32,786 nt of DNA from positions 1 through 32,786 of the IMG/VR virus record IMGVR_UViG_3300039076_000025; one strand, given 5' to 3'. The notes under the pieces were generated by a model. It ran no database searches. It was not told the origin of the DNA and worked only from the letters and a program-made list of their open reading frames with translations. Source of the DNA: a virus (lineage: Duplodnaviria > Caudoviricetes). This document shows, in pieces, positions 1 to 9,952 of this stretch (positions within the stretch are counted from its first letter, which is position 1; every line of letters starts with the position of its first letter). The translations under genes were made by a program, and so were the position numbers.

Positions 1-107
1 CAAGAATTAACAATATTTTCAGCAGTCCATAATTGGTCATAAGCATCAGAAAAATGACCAAACATATCAGGTTCATTTAATAGCTTATTACCTATTGCGG
101 AGGCAAA
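1..107. repeat. Terminal direct repeat (copy 1), circular assembly overlap
   Basis: 1-107 (caagaattaac...gcggaggcaaa) is identical to 32680-32786. Confidence 0.97.
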
Positions 108-497
108 TCCACCTAACTCCCCAAAAACTGCGCATTGATATTCTATTACTCCGTTTTGAATTGTTATCTCCAAAAGCCGAAGAACTCCCTTAAAAACTTG
201 AATCTTATTGACAAATATCTGACAATTTGCTTGCTTGGTCGGGTCAAAATTATAACCCACATTTGGTAACTCTTCTTCAGGAGGTTCAGGAGCAAGTTTA
301 ATATTACCACTGGTAAAATTATAGATATGACCAAACACTTTATTATTGTTTGCGTTACCAGGTATGTTAATCGTTTTTGAATAATTTGTATTCCTCGAAG
401 AAAAATCTTTGATGTCATCTATTGCGTAGTTTAATTCAGCTCCTAAATCCTCAAATAAATCGAGCCTTTGTTGTTCAATTATTATTTCGGTTATCAT
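1..497 (-). CDS. N-terminal part of a tail tip/baseplate hub-like protein; continues across the circular junction into 30957..32744 (about 739 aa in total)
   Basis: ATG at 497-495 overlaps the TAA of the upstream gene. Reads MITEIIIEQQRLDLFEDLGAELNYAIDDIKDFSSRNTNYSKTINIPGNANNNKVF... and joins MFGHFSD in frame (432 nt = 144 codons). The YSKTINIPG...NNKVF motif is typical of siphovirus tail proteins. Confidence 0.8.
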   Translation of the reverse strand, partial: MITEIIIEQQRLDLFEDLGAELNYAIDDIKDFSSRNTNYSKTINIPGNANNNKVFGHIYNFTSGNIKLAPEPPEEELPNVGYNFDPTKQANCQIFVNKIQVFKGVLRLLEITIQNGVIEYQCAVFGELGGFASAIGNKLLNEPDMFGHFSDAYDQLWTAENIVNS

Positions 498-1645
498 TAT
501 CTAAATTGGCTATATTGTTTTTGACCTAAATCAAATTGGAGTTGGTAGTTAAATAATTTGTCCGAAGTGCTAACTTTCTCTTGATAGTTTGTATCCTTCA
601 TAATGATAGGATAATAGTCGCTTGTACCTCCAGTAATTAAATGTAAATAAACCTCGTTAGATGCAAGCAATTCAGAGCCAAGTGCATAATCTATTGCTGA
701 TATATAATCACTTGTTACAAGGTAACTCCAATCGATTTGAGTGGCTAATGCTTGCACTCCCCCGTAATGAACTCCCGAACTATTTTCGTGTGTCATTGTA
801 GCTCCACTCCTTTGATATTCAGCAGTCTGATAAGTCGTTCTTTTAAAATTCTTTTGTTGGCGATTAAGTAAGCGAAAAGCAAAAGTGTCATATCCTCCAA
901 ATTGATTTTGAAATACTAAATTGATGGGAGTAAATCTTGGAGCGCATACTTGTTTAATAGTCATTGTATCTGAGCCAATCGTTACCTTATAACCATACGT
1001 TGCATCGGTAATAAATGAACTACCTAAATAAGTATTTATTGCCGTAGGACTTAAATCTAAAAGCAAAGAAGAAAGACTTGACAAAGTTGCACCCGTTGAT
1101 GGACTTCCGCTATTACTTCCATCTTCATTTATCTTTTGAATCGTTGCCGTTACCGCTGATAAATTAGCATTAAAATAAGTAATATAAAACTTCTCTCCAC
1201 TTATTACTTCGCCAGCAGTTCTATCCCTTGTCGTTAAGAACTTATTTGTGTAAGTAGAAATTGAAGTCCTAAATGGATTTAAAGAATAGTTCCATCCCTT
1301 AGCAGTATCTGAACTTAAATTTAAATATGTTGTACCTCCGTATTCTTCTCCGTAAGCAACTGTGTAGTCAACGAATAGGAATGAGCCAGCATACTGTAAG
1401 ACTGAACTTCCTGATGGGTTAAAACCGCTTCCAAGATAGTTTCGGACAATGGGAGCGACATCAAGTACACCATAGTTTCCTGAGTCGGGATAATTTTTAA
1501 GTGTGGCAACGGTTGAGCCACTAATTTGTATATCAAATACATATTTAAAAGAAGATTGTGCTACATTGCCCGAAAGAATTATATGCCATAAAGCATCGTG
1601 TGCCGATGTATATGATTCTGGAGGAGTCTTAGTTGTAATTGCCAT
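497..1645 (-). CDS. Structural tail protein (distal tail/baseplate-like)
   Basis: 382 aa, S/T/G-rich, beta-strand-like, with a FQNQFGGYDTFAF motif; sits among tail genes. Confidence 0.6.
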   Translation of the reverse strand: MAITTKTPPESYTSAHDALWHIILSGNVAQSSFKYVFDIQISGSTVATLKNYPDSGNYGVLDVAPIVRNYLGSGFNPSGSSVLQYAGSFLFVDYTVAYGEEYGGTTYLNLSSDTAKGWNYSLNPFRTSISTYTNKFLTTRDRTAGEVISGEKFYITYFNANLSAVTATIQKINEDGSNSGSPSTGATLSSLSSLLLDLSPTAINTYLGSSFITDATYGYKVTIGSDTMTIKQVCAPRFTPINLVFQNQFGGYDTFAFRLLNRQQKNFKRTTYQTAEYQRSGATMTHENSSGVHYGGVQALATQIDWSYLVTSDYISAIDYALGSELLASNEVYLHLITGGTSDYYPIIMKDTNYQEKVSTSDKLFNYQLQFDLGQKQYSQFR

Positions 1646-2334
1646 TATTTCTTTTGTTTAACATTTATTGTTTCTACAATATTTATTTTAATATCTTTCC
1701 CTAATGCTTTAGCAAGATTCTTAAAAAACTGCTCATTAAAAGCAGCATCGTATCCAGCTTTAGAAAATCCGATTGTTGGTAAGCCTTCTCTTTTAATTTT
1801 TAATCCAGTTGCATAAGCAATACCCTTAACTTTGTTTTCAGCAATGTTTCCAAGTTTTGCTCTCTTTTTTTGAAGACCTCTTAAATTCTTTTTTTGGTCT
1901 TCGTTTTTAATATAATTCCTATGGCTTGCATACCATTCAATTAATCTTTCTAAGAACTCGCCACCAACGGTTAATTTTTTATAAGCATAAGGACTACTTG
2001 ATGGTTGACCACTTGTAACTCCTTTAACTCCTTTGTCTTGGAATGCCCAATATTCACTTGCTGGATTTGATTGCTCGTATCCAATATCATATCTATATTT
2101 ACCATTAGAGAACTCTCTTCGAATTACCCTAATATCTTGCATATTGCCTTTATCAATCCTTTTCTTTTGATTGATTTTAGCGATTGCCCTTCTAAGAAAT
2201 ATCTCAACTGACTTATCTAATAATTTACCAACTGAATCTAAGGCTTTAGGAGTACCATAATAACTTGCATCTTTGCCCGTTATTTCAAGTACATCTAAAT
2301 TGGCTAATTGTTCCTTAGTTATATTTGTTGCCAC
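1645..2334 (-). CDS. Putative neck/tail-completion protein (HK97 gp10-like)
   Basis: Basic 229-aa protein with YWAFQDKGVKG and IKREGLP..GF motifs; position in the structural block. Confidence 0.5.
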   Translation of the reverse strand: MATNITKEQLANLDVLEITGKDASYYGTPKALDSVGKLLDKSVEIFLRRAIAKINQKKRIDKGNMQDIRVIRREFSNGKYRYDIGYEQSNPASEYWAFQDKGVKGVTSGQPSSSPYAYKKLTVGGEFLERLIEWYASHRNYIKNEDQKKNLRGLQKKRAKLGNIAENKVKGIAYATGLKIKREGLPTIGFSKAGYDAAFNEQFFKNLAKALGKDIKINIVETINVKQKK

Positions 2335-3076
2335 TTATCTTTTTTCTTTGTTCGTTATCGTAATTTATTTTAGCGGATATATAACTTAAATCATTTAAAA
2401 ACTGAATCGCTGGTAATTCAAATACATCTTCAAGTTTAATCTTTTCATGTTCACTAATCAATGAAGCTTGATATATCCACCCAAACTGATTCATAAAACT
2501 ATTTTTAACTTGCCTTGAATCTTCAACTTCTCCTTTCCCTTCGGAATTAAATAATCCTTTAAATCCTGAATCAAGGTTTTTAATATTAGTAATCCAATTC
2601 ATTACACTTCCAAAGACTTGTTCAAATGGCGCTGATAATAAATCCTCCGCATAATCAATATGGTATTTAGATTCGTATTTATCTTCTTTCCATCCTCGCC
2701 AAGTAGGTCGCATAGGTAAAATCATTGATGCGCCTATCTTATGTAAGTTTGCTTTTATATCGTTTAAGAAATATTTAGTTTCAATGTATCTACCAGCTGG
2801 ACTAAACTTAGCATCGTAATTACATTTATACTTTTTCTTTCCTACCCTTATAAAACTAACCGCCTTAATTTCAGGATTTGAATTATTTAAAAACTCAATA
2901 TCCTTTACTATTTGGTTTATTTTATTTTTATCTAATGCAAGAATTTCTTGCTTTGTTTTATGTTGTAAAATTGCAACCGTTTCAAGAATTAAATCATAAT
3001 CTTTGATTGAATCCTTTTTATCGGATAAAACTTGAATTTGTTGCCATTGCCATACCGTGACATCTTTCCAGTTCAT
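2315..3076 (-). CDS. Hypothetical protein, possible tail assembly chaperone
   Basis: 253 aa, helical; C-terminal FGWIY...EDVFELPAIQFLNDLSY segment resembles GT-type chaperones; late motif just upstream. Confidence 0.4.
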   Translation of the reverse strand: MNWKDVTVWQWQQIQVLSDKKDSIKDYDLILETVAILQHKTKQEILALDKNKINQIVKDIEFLNNSNPEIKAVSFIRVGKKKYKCNYDAKFSPAGRYIETKYFLNDIKANLHKIGASMILPMRPTWRGWKEDKYESKYHIDYAEDLLSAPFEQVFGSVMNWITNIKNLDSGFKGLFNSEGKGEVEDSRQVKNSFMNQFGWIYQASLISEHEKIKLEDVFELPAIQFLNDLSYISAKINYDNEQRKKISGNKYN

Positions 3077-3080
3077 ATTT

Positions 3081-3104
3081 ATAAATAGCTAATTAAACAA
3101 AGTT
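3081..3104 (-). promoter_or_regulatory. Putative late promoter motif
   Basis: Minus strand AACTTTGTTTAATTAGCTATTTAT; recurs at 17433, 26081 and (variant) 28361. Confidence 0.55.
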
Positions 3105-4259
3105 GTATCTGCCCGTTCCTGACTTAAAATCAAACTTGCGCCATGCTAATGCTAAAGCGCATACGCAGTCATCCGTAAAACCAGTTGGTGCGGAATACTT
3201 TACTCCGTGTGATGTGTATTGATACTCGAAAACTTCTAATTCATTCTTAATCATTCCTTCGGGATAATGCACCCGTTCCTGATGTATTGCCACTTGAAGT
3301 CCAAGCATTAATTCTTGCTTGCTTTGTGATGTAAACTTAAAGCCTTCAATGTCCATGCCTTCTCGTTGTAATTGTTCGACTATCGGGTCACCTACTCCAG
3401 TACTATCAATTAACATCGGTGCTTTTGGACAATTGCGTAAAATGTTCTGAGTTGATGCCCAATCTTTCTGAAATCGGTCATAGTAAGCCACATTGCCACT
3501 ATTATCTAAACCGATAATGACCGTCCAATCTGAATACTTTGCCAAATCGACTCCGTAACATTTAACAATATTAGTAGAAATGTCCGATGTACATTTACTT
3601 ATTGCCTCGCTTCCAAAAGGATTTGCAGCGTTCTCAGCTGGGTTAGCCATGTACTCTTGCTCGAATACTACGGGAATTGCTGACTTCTTAATTGAATCGA
3701 CTTCGGAATTTGCAATATATGGATTATCGTAAGTCGAATATTTAAACGATTCCCATTCTCCGTTTGCTTCTAATCCTTTTAAATATAAAGAATAGAAATA
3801 ATTCTTGCCTCTCGGAGTCGATAGAAATAGCGCCTTGCCTTTATAATCGGTTAAGGTAGGTCTTATAGCATTATTCCAACCGTTCTCTAAATCGGGAATA
3901 TATGAAGCCTCATCAATAATCACATAGTGAAATCGCATACCTCGAAGATTGTCTAATCTTTCGCCCGTATAAAATCGAATGACTCCACCCGTAGACAATT
4001 TGAAAGTTAAATCTGATATGTTAGAAGTTGCTACTTCGGGCGGAAGTATTAAAGCAATATCGTCAAAAAAGACTTTGGCTAATTTATAAGTCGGAGTTAT
4101 ATAAGCAACTGACTTGCCTTGTAATGCCTCTACGCAAGTTATGACCTGGCTAATCAATGACTTGCCAAATCTTCGCCCGCACATAAGCACTCTAAACCTC
4201 GCCTTGCTCTGTAATACTTTCTTCTGCGCCTCGTGTGGAGTCGGTAGGATAATCTCCAT
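3093..4259 (-). CDS. terL: Terminase large subunit
   Basis: Walker A GRRFGKS, Walker B VIIDEA, coupling motif STP, nuclease GVD..., C-terminal DDCVCALALA; likely start is MEIILPTPH at 4259. Confidence 0.95.
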   Translation of the reverse strand: MEIILPTPHEAQKKVLQSKARFRVLMCGRRFGKSLISQVITCVEALQGKSVAYITPTYKLAKVFFDDIALILPPEVATSNISDLTFKLSTGGVIRFYTGERLDNLRGMRFHYVIIDEASYIPDLENGWNNAIRPTLTDYKGKALFLSTPRGKNYFYSLYLKGLEANGEWESFKYSTYDNPYIANSEVDSIKKSAIPVVFEQEYMANPAENAANPFGSEAISKCTSDISTNIVKCYGVDLAKYSDWTVIIGLDNSGNVAYYDRFQKDWASTQNILRNCPKAPMLIDSTGVGDPIVEQLQREGMDIEGFKFTSQSKQELMLGLQVAIHQERVHYPEGMIKNELEVFEYQYTSHGVKYSAPTGFTDDCVCALALAWRKFDFKSGTGRYNFV

Positions 4260-4602
4260 TGGCAAATTTTATGGTTATTTCAGTATCTTGTTTTATGTCA
4301 GCTGATTCTTTTGGCTTTCCAAATACTCTACTTAATAAAGTTTCTATTGAATATAAAGAGCCGTTCTTTAAAGACTTGTTCATTGCTCCAGCAATTGTCT
4401 TTTCTAATATTGAACTTTCAGGATTATCAAATATCTCTTTAAGTTGGTCAATATTCATAGCAAGCATTTTCCGAATCGTTATCCCAATCTCGGTCATATT
4501 ATAACCCGATTCTTTTAACAAAGTAACGTACTTCTTTGGTCGACCATTTGGATTGCCTGATTGACCTTTCTTAAAACTTACTAAATTTTGTTCGTTTGCC
4601 AT
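4192..4602 (-). CDS. terS: Terminase small subunit (DUF5681-like N-terminus)
   Basis: [14 protein letters not shown] motif; immediately upstream of and overlapping terL. Confidence 0.8.
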   Translation of the reverse strand: MANEQNLVSFKKGQSGNPNGRPKKYVTLLKESGYNMTEIGITIRKMLAMNIDQLKEIFDNPESSILEKTIAGAMNKSLKNGSLYSIETLLSRVFGKPKESADIKQDTEITIKFANGDYPTDSTRGAEESITEQGEV

Positions 4603-5699
4603 ATCTCTCCGTTTCTTTTTATTGTTAATGTTGGGTCTAACTTAATCATTCGGTCAACTATTACCTGGCAGTACTTAGGGTCGTATTCCATTAAATACGA
4701 TTTTAAATTTAATTGATGTGCAGTTACCATTGTCACTCCGCTACCACCAAAAAAATCTGCAATTGTCTTTATTTTATCTTTTGTTTTATCAATACACCAT
4801 TTAACTAATGTAACTGGTTTTTGTGTTGGATGAACACGATTTGTTTTTTCAGATGCTTGAGTAAATTGTCTTACAACTGACCTAATATTTGTCCATGCAA
4901 GTTCACAATCAGTTTGGTCACTTCCTCCATTATTTTTATCCCATACTAACCAACATTCGCTATCAGGTAATGATGAAGAATAATAATTTGCACCCCACCA
5001 AATGTGATGTGATTTTGGGTATAATGAATAAATTAAATTAAACGAATCTCTTGCTACATCTGCATTGTCATCTCCTAATATATCAGTTCCATAATTTTTT
5101 TTTAATACTCCGCTTTTACTTACTGCATTCATTCCGTAAGGTGGGTCAGTATGAATTAAATCAGGATTAATCCCAATCACAAGTTTGTCAATATCTTGTA
5201 TTGATGTTGAATCTCCACAAAGTAAACGATGCTCTCCAATCTCAAATAAATCTCCAATTACAATATCCGTTTCTATTCCGCCATCAGGTACTTCAAAATC
5301 ATCTTCCTCCGCAGTTCCTAAATCTTCAATTACAAAATTTGGAATATCTAATCCCCATTCAACTAATTCTTCGGCATCCCATTCGTTTGCAAGCATATCC
5401 CAATCCCATTCTCCGTAACCAACATTGTCCTTAATAATAAATTGCTTTTGTTGTTCTTCGTTTAATTCGCTTGCTTTTATTATTGGTACTTCTTTTAGTC
5501 CAGCTTCCTTGCAAGCCTTCAATCTCATATTGCCTCCAAGTACAATCATATCATCGTTAACGACAATAGGTCTCAAAGATAACATCTGAGGAAATTCCTT
5601 AATCGATGCGACTAACTTTTTAAATTTGTCATCCTTAATTATTCTTGGATTGTTTGGATTCGACTTTATGTCGGTCAGTTTGGTTGTTGTGATATTCAT
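4581..5699 (-). CDS. ParB/Srx-like domain fused to an N6-adenine/N4-cytosine DNA methyltransferase (beta class)
   Basis: N-terminal NPNNPR...RPIVV...GGNMRLKA; catalytic DPPY precedes HPTQKP and the SAM-binding DFFGGSG. Confidence 0.9.
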   Translation of the reverse strand: MNITTTKLTDIKSNPNNPRIIKDDKFKKLVASIKEFPQMLSLRPIVVNDDMIVLGGNMRLKACKEAGLKEVPIIKASELNEEQQKQFIIKDNVGYGEWDWDMLANEWDAEELVEWGLDIPNFVIEDLGTAEEDDFEVPDGGIETDIVIGDLFEIGEHRLLCGDSTSIQDIDKLVIGINPDLIHTDPPYGMNAVSKSGVLKKNYGTDILGDDNADVARDSFNLIYSLYPKSHHIWWGANYYSSSLPDSECWLVWDKNNGGSDQTDCELAWTNIRSVVRQFTQASEKTNRVHPTQKPVTLVKWCIDKTKDKIKTIADFFGGSGVTMVTAHQLNLKSYLMEYDPKYCQVIVDRMIKLDPTLTIKRNGEIWQTNKI

Positions 5700-6232
5700 T
5701 TTTTAAATAGTAATGACCACTCGGTCGGTAATGTTAATTTCTTTTCTAATGTAAATCCAAATTGAGCAAAGAACTCAATCCACTTTTCTTCGGACTTTAT
5801 ATTTATGTGACCCCAAGCCTCATCTTTCTCAGGAGTTGTAAAATAAGGAGTTGAAGAAAATAAGAAATATTGACAATTAATATTGTTCATATAATCTTTT
5901 ATTTGCTCATCGGTTAAATGCTCCATCACTTCAATGCTAACAACCATTTGACAATGGTCGGGATAGTCGGTAATTTCTTGTAATATAACTCCTCTTTTAT
6001 AAGCAAATTCTTGATGATATTTATTAGGCTCAATGCCGTAATAATTAACTCCTTTTTTTTGCAAGCATTCTCCAAGCGTACCCATGCCAGAGCCTATCTC
6101 GATTATGTCTTTAGCATATTCGATAATTATGTCAGCCGTTGCATCCATCAAATTATAATAATCAGGATTCTCGGGAGTTATTCCGTTTTGTACTTCAATA
6201 TCAAAAAATTCTTTGTCGCTTACACGGCTCAT
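5696..6232 (-). CDS. Class I SAM-dependent methyltransferase
   Basis: [23 protein letters not shown] and GHIN motifs; likely start MSRVSD at 6232 (ATGA overlap). Confidence 0.85.
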   Translation of the reverse strand: MSRVSDKEFFDIEVQNGITPENPDYYNLMDATADIIIEYAKDIIEIGSGMGTLGECLQKKGVNYYGIEPNKYHQEFAYKRGVILQEITDYPDHCQMVVSIEVMEHLTDEQIKDYMNNINCQYFLFSSTPYFTTPEKDEAWGHINIKSEEKWIEFFAQFGFTLEKKLTLPTEWSLLFKK

Positions 6233-6876
6233 ATTATTGTTTCTTTTGGTAAAAATTGATTGCAATTTGTATGCCCTTCAGCTTGGCTCATTCTATAATC
6301 TCTACCAATTCCTTGAGCAACTGCCATAAAACTTGATTGATTGCCACTAACATATTTTGCACCTAATTGTAATTGCGCCAATTCTAAATAATCCTTTATT
6401 TCGTATCTCTCAATTAAATGCTTATACGGCTCATATTCAGATTCTAAACCAATGAAATAAACGTTATCTGAATTGTCTTTTAAAAAATTAATTTCTTTAA
6501 TCCAATCCGTAGTTAGAGATTGATATCTTGGAGTTATATTAATAAAACTATTATTTGATTTTATTGGCTCAACTTTTAACCATCCTTGTTTCCAAGTTTC
6601 ATCTATAATCTGAAAACTTTGCAAATGCAATTGTACTAAATGAGTTAAATGTAAATCTATATTTGAACGGAATAAATCTAAATTATATATTGTACCAGTC
6701 AATTCTCTGCCTTTTTTAACTTCGTGAATATATTCCTGAGATTCTAATAATGGCAAAATCGTGTCATATAAATGGTCGGGTAATTGTACATTAAAAATAC
6801 CTCCGCCTAATGCCTTAATAGTGGGCAAAGAATAAATGACATCTCCAGTAGCGCCACTATGATAAAAGTTATTCAT
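6229..6876 (-). CDS. GT9/heptosyltransferase-like glycosyltransferase
   Basis: N-terminal HSGATGDVIYSLP and C-terminal LELAQL..GAKYVSGNQSSFMAVA resemble GT9 signatures. Confidence 0.65.
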   Translation of the reverse strand: MNNFYHSGATGDVIYSLPTIKALGGGIFNVQLPDHLYDTILPLLESQEYIHEVKKGRELTGTIYNLDLFRSNIDLHLTHLVQLHLQSFQIIDETWKQGWLKVEPIKSNNSFINITPRYQSLTTDWIKEINFLKDNSDNVYFIGLESEYEPYKHLIERYEIKDYLELAQLQLGAKYVSGNQSSFMAVAQGIGRDYRMSQAEGHTNCNQFLPKETII

Positions 6877-6887
6877 ATAAAATTTAA

Positions 6888-7907
6888 TTATGATTCTATT
6901 AGTTTAGAATAAATAGCAAATCTATCCTCATTAATTTTAAATAGGTCATAATGCTCTCGGACATATTCAGCGTTTGCCTCGCCAAAATCCGTTCTCATTT
7001 GTTTTGAGAATACCATTCTTTTAATATCTCGTTCCCAATTATCTACATAGCATACCGTTGGAATATCATCATAAGGCGCTCTCTTTATTGCCATAAGAGG
7101 AATCCTTTTAGCGCCAGCCTCTAATGCCTTTAGATTAGATTTTAATCCGTTAAATTTATTGTCAAGTAATGGCGCAAGTAATATGTCAGCTTCGATATAA
7201 AAGTTCATATACAAATCTACGGGCATAGATTCTAAAATTTTATAGTTAAGTTTCTCCTTTGCAGTAAACCATTCCGCCATTTGCTTCCAATGAAATTCGT
7301 TTGCTTTATTCCAACCGCAAAGAAGCATCCGTGTAGACTCCTTAAAAGATTTAGATTTAGATAATTCATAAATCGGATTCTTTAATTGCCTCATATCAGG
7401 GTAATGAGTTATGCTACCCGTGTGCGCAATGTTAACAAATTCGTTTACATTTCTTGTTGCAGTAAATTGGTCACGGTCAAACGGCAAAGCATTCGGCAAA
7501 ATAAAGCAATTAGGATTTATCTTAATAATCTCAAGCCTTAATCGGTTATGAGTTGTCGTAACCACATCAGCCACTTTAATATAATTCTTAATTACTTGAG
7601 TGACTCCTAAAGACCGATATGTTGGCGCAGATAAATGCTGAGAAAATAATTCCCAATAGTCATCAATATCTACAACTAATTTAAACCCTAACTTAGCCTT
7701 CCATTTTAATAAATCGGGCAATGGTATTAACTCGCAAAAACGATTAACTACAACCACGTTTATGTTCTTCTCAATAAGCATCTCTTCGGTCATTGTATCC
7801 GTGATAATGCAGTATTCTTTTTTCATTACCGATAATGGTAACGCAAGGCGATGGTAAGTGACTCCCGAATGTCTACTTCCGACTGCGCAAATTCTTAGTT
7901 TGGACAT
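6888..7907 (-). CDS. GT-B fold glycosyltransferase (GT4-like)
   Basis: YHRLALP, VVDIDDYW, ADVVTTT, ILPNA, DILLAPL..NKFNGLKSNLKALEAG; likely start MSKLRIC at 7907. Confidence 0.85.
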   Translation of the reverse strand: MSKLRICAVGSRHSGVTYHRLALPLSVMKKEYCIITDTMTEEMLIEKNINVVVVNRFCELIPLPDLLKWKAKLGFKLVVDIDDYWELFSQHLSAPTYRSLGVTQVIKNYIKVADVVTTTHNRLRLEIIKINPNCFILPNALPFDRDQFTATRNVNEFVNIAHTGSITHYPDMRQLKNPIYELSKSKSFKESTRMLLCGWNKANEFHWKQMAEWFTAKEKLNYKILESMPVDLYMNFYIEADILLAPLLDNKFNGLKSNLKALEAGAKRIPLMAIKRAPYDDIPTVCYVDNWERDIKRMVFSKQMRTDFGEANAEYVREHYDLFKINEDRFAIYSKLIES

Positions 7908-8157
7908 CGTTTGGTTTTGGTTGGTTGAGTTTTGCAATATACTTAATCCCTTCGTAATGTGCGGATAATCTTTTAATCATATCAAAGACACAAGACCCAC
8001 ACCATGAATTGAAGTTAAAATCTTTGTTGACATATTTACGATATAAGCTCGCATATTCTTCAAGCACTTCTCGGTCAATGTTTTTAGTAAAGCCTAAAGC
8101 GACTGCCTCAAAGTTTATAATATTAGCCTCTATAAATGCTATCTCTTGCTCGGTCAT
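7873..8157 (-). CDS. Hypothetical protein with CxxC (WCGSC)
   Basis: ORF coupled to both neighbours. Confidence 0.6.
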   Translation of the reverse strand: MTEQEIAFIEANIINFEAVALGFTKNIDREVLEEYASLYRKYVNKDFNFNSWCGSCVFDMIKRLSAHYEGIKYIAKLNQPKPNDVQTKNLRSRK

Positions 8158-8381
8158 AGTTTGTTTATTAATCTAAAAATGACTGCTCCCAAAACTCCCG
8201 AACTAAACACGATTGCAATCCATTCTTGAAACTGCATAGGTACGACAATTAAAACGATAGCACTCCAGGTACTAAGACAAGGAGTGCAACTAAATGGTTT
8301 AAAGTTTAGTCCAAATGACTGATACAAATTAGTCATCGTAAAAAAGACTGCAAAAGAAACGGCTGCGATTATAGTTATCAT
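8154..8381 (-). CDS. Small membrane protein with CxxC (KPFSCTPCLSTW)
   Basis: Two to three hydrophobic segments flank CTPC; overlaps both neighbours. Confidence 0.65.
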   Translation of the reverse strand: MITIIAAVSFAVFFTMTNLYQSFGLNFKPFSCTPCLSTWSAIVLIVVPMQFQEWIAIVFSSGVLGAVIFRLINKL

Positions 8382-8560
8382 TTGTTTGTTTGGTAAATTT
8401 CATCTTGGACAACACTCCAGTAAGCACGGTCATCTGCCTTTAGTTTTTGCTCAAGAATTAATGAACAAAAGTACAAAGCTAATTCGAAAGCAAATGCTTT
8501 ATTGCCACAAAAATAAAGGGCATTAATTAACAAACTTTTAGCTTTCTCATCAGGCTTCAT
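8378..8560 (-). CDS. Hypothetical protein
   Basis: 60-aa ORF, translationally coupled. Confidence 0.55.
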   Translation of the reverse strand: MKPDEKAKSLLINALYFCGNKAFAFELALYFCSLILEQKLKADDRAYWSVVQDEIYQTNK

Positions 8561-9062
8561 CCCTTATTTTCTTTTTAATGTTTGAAATCGTTTTGACAAT
8601 AGACATATACGGAATGCCAGTCTTTCTTGAAATCTCGGTTTGATTAAAATTTAATTCGACATAAGTATCGAGCAACATATCTTCGTACCAGCTTAATCCT
8701 TTCCTTGCCTTTTCTACCTTGTTGTAAAGACCTTCTTTGTAATCCTTAGAGTAATCCTCTATTTGAACCAATTCTTCAATGCCATCAAGACATTCATACT
8801 TTGCTCTAAAGTGCCTAAAGAATGGCTGATTCATGCCAGTGCTATAAATCATATTAAGCATACACCTGACTAACCAATATTTTAAACCACTCGTTCCGTT
8901 GTTATTATAAATAGACCAAAACTTCTCATCTGAAATCGAGCAAAGATTCACAAACATTTCTTGTTTTAATTCTTCCCTTAAATTTGCTGGGTGCATTTTC
9001 ATCAAGGCTTGCTTAATCTCCTTTGAATTATAAAGTTCCTCAATGATTTGCGACCTGGTCAT
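8550..9062 (-). CDS. Sigma-70/ECF-like transcription factor, probable late-gene regulator
   Basis: Region-2-like REELKQEMFVNL...YWLVR and region-4 HTH NQTEISRKTGIPYMSIVKTISNIKKKI. Confidence 0.75.
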   Translation of the reverse strand: MTRSQIIEELYNSKEIKQALMKMHPANLREELKQEMFVNLCSISDEKFWSIYNNNGTSGLKYWLVRCMLNMIYSTGMNQPFFRHFRAKYECLDGIEELVQIEDYSKDYKEGLYNKVEKARKGLSWYEDMLLDTYVELNFNQTEISRKTGIPYMSIVKTISNIKKKIRDEA

Positions 9063-9157
9063 TCCTTTGATTTTCTGATTATCTCAAAAATAAAATAAAC
9101 GATAAAAGCCACCTCGATAATTCCTACCGCAATAGCTTCCCAAATTAACCTTTCCAC
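9059..9157 (-). CDS. 32-aa single-pass membrane protein (not in ORF track)
   Basis: GTG start; MERLIWEAIAVGIIEVAFIVYFIFEIIRKSKE*; stop overlaps the ATG of the sigma gene and the ORF fills the gap. Confidence 0.55.
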   Translation of the reverse strand: MERLIWEAIAVGIIEVAFIVYFIFEIIRKSKE

Positions 9158-9381
9158 TTTTCAAGTTCCCGATTCAAATACCAAACCGCTTTATCTAAAT
9201 CTTTCTTTTTGTATCCCTTCTTGTCAGCTCGCAATATGTACTTGATTGAATTGCCAAGATTAAAATTAAGGTCGAAAGCATCAATTATGTCAATGACCTC
9301 AATGCCATTACCCTGATAATGCTCAGGATGATTGACCTCTTCTTTTATAACTCCTTGATAATTAATCTTTTCCATTTGCAA
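9145..9381 (-). CDS. DUF3310 (SaV-like) protein
   Basis: VNHPEHY...IEVIDII...FNLGNSIKYILRADKK...DLDKAVWYL. Confidence 0.85.
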   Translation of the reverse strand: MQMEKINYQGVIKEEVNHPEHYQGNGIEVIDIIDAFDLNFNLGNSIKYILRADKKGYKKKDLDKAVWYLNRELEKWKG

Positions 9382-9389
9382 AGTTTACA

Positions 9390-9602
9390 TTAAAGATTGT
9401 GCTTTTCCAAATAATCCTTTATTTTTTTTGTTTGTCGGTAAGCTGGGTATGAAGCACCGCTTTTCATTTTGATTCGATTTAGGTTTACTTCCAGGCTATA
9501 ATTTAAATCGTAATAGGTTGCGCAATCGATAACTACTTGAATCGTAGGTCGTTGTAATCTCATTGTAATCCATTTGATTGCATTTAAATGATTATCCTTC
9601 AA
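9390..9602 (-). CDS. Hypothetical protein
   Basis: 70-aa ORF coupled to VRR-NUC. Confidence 0.55.
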   Translation of the reverse strand: MKDNHLNAIKWITMRLQRPTIQVVIDCATYYDLNYSLEVNLNRIKMKSGASYPAYRQTKKIKDYLEKHNL

Positions 9603-9949
9603 ATCTCATCCAATCTAAATCTTCGAATTAAACTCTCGCAGTCCTCAATCGACCTAACTATTGCATAATAATACCCGTGATTAATTGCTATTTGCTCAAA
9701 TGCTTTTTGATTTGGTTGCTGAGTTCCCTTATCAATCTTAACCTCGACAAACAATCCTTTCCATTTCTTATTTGAAACCATCCAAAACATATCAGCCACT
9801 CCAGCCTTTGCGCCTTCCATTTTTAATTTGATTGCAACCAGTCTATGCCTTGCGCCTCCGTTTGGTATCGCATAATAGTAAAAGTCCTGAGTCCAATCTA
9901 ACCATTTGCAAATGGCTACCTGAAGTTTATGCTCGTGTTCGTTTCTCAT
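9599..9949 (-). CDS. VRR-NUC domain nuclease (PD-(D/E)XK)
   Basis: EHKLQ, AIPNGG, GAKAGVAD, FVEVK, Q..NQ..F motifs. Confidence 0.88.
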   Translation of the reverse strand: MRNEHEHKLQVAICKWLDWTQDFYYYAIPNGGARHRLVAIKLKMEGAKAGVADMFWMVSNKKWKGLFVEVKIDKGTQQPNQKAFEQIAINHGYYYAIVRSIEDCESLIRRFRLDEI

Positions 9950-9952
9950 TTA

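Noticed and set aside
1-107. End repeat as a biological terminal repeat or att site
   Set aside because: It falls mid-gene and the frame continues across it; best explained as assembler overlap of a circularly permuted genome
164-418. 84-aa minus-strand ORF in the track
   Set aside because: Alternative frame inside the real junction-spanning tail gene starting at 497
2533-2539. GGGAAAG (lambda G/GT slippery heptamer) in the putative tail chaperone
   Set aside because: Read as GGG AAA G in frame, not X XXY YYZ, and the ORF already continues; no frameshift is supported
4090-4097. Extra copy of the kissing-loop 8-mer (ACUCCGAC in terL mRNA)
   Set aside because: Inside coding sequence (YITPTY) with no hairpin; a single 8-mer match is plausible by chance
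5340-5699. ParB domain as evidence of a plasmid-prophage lifestyle
   Set aside because: It is the common ParB/Srx-methylase fusion next to the terminase; no ParA or centromere array seen
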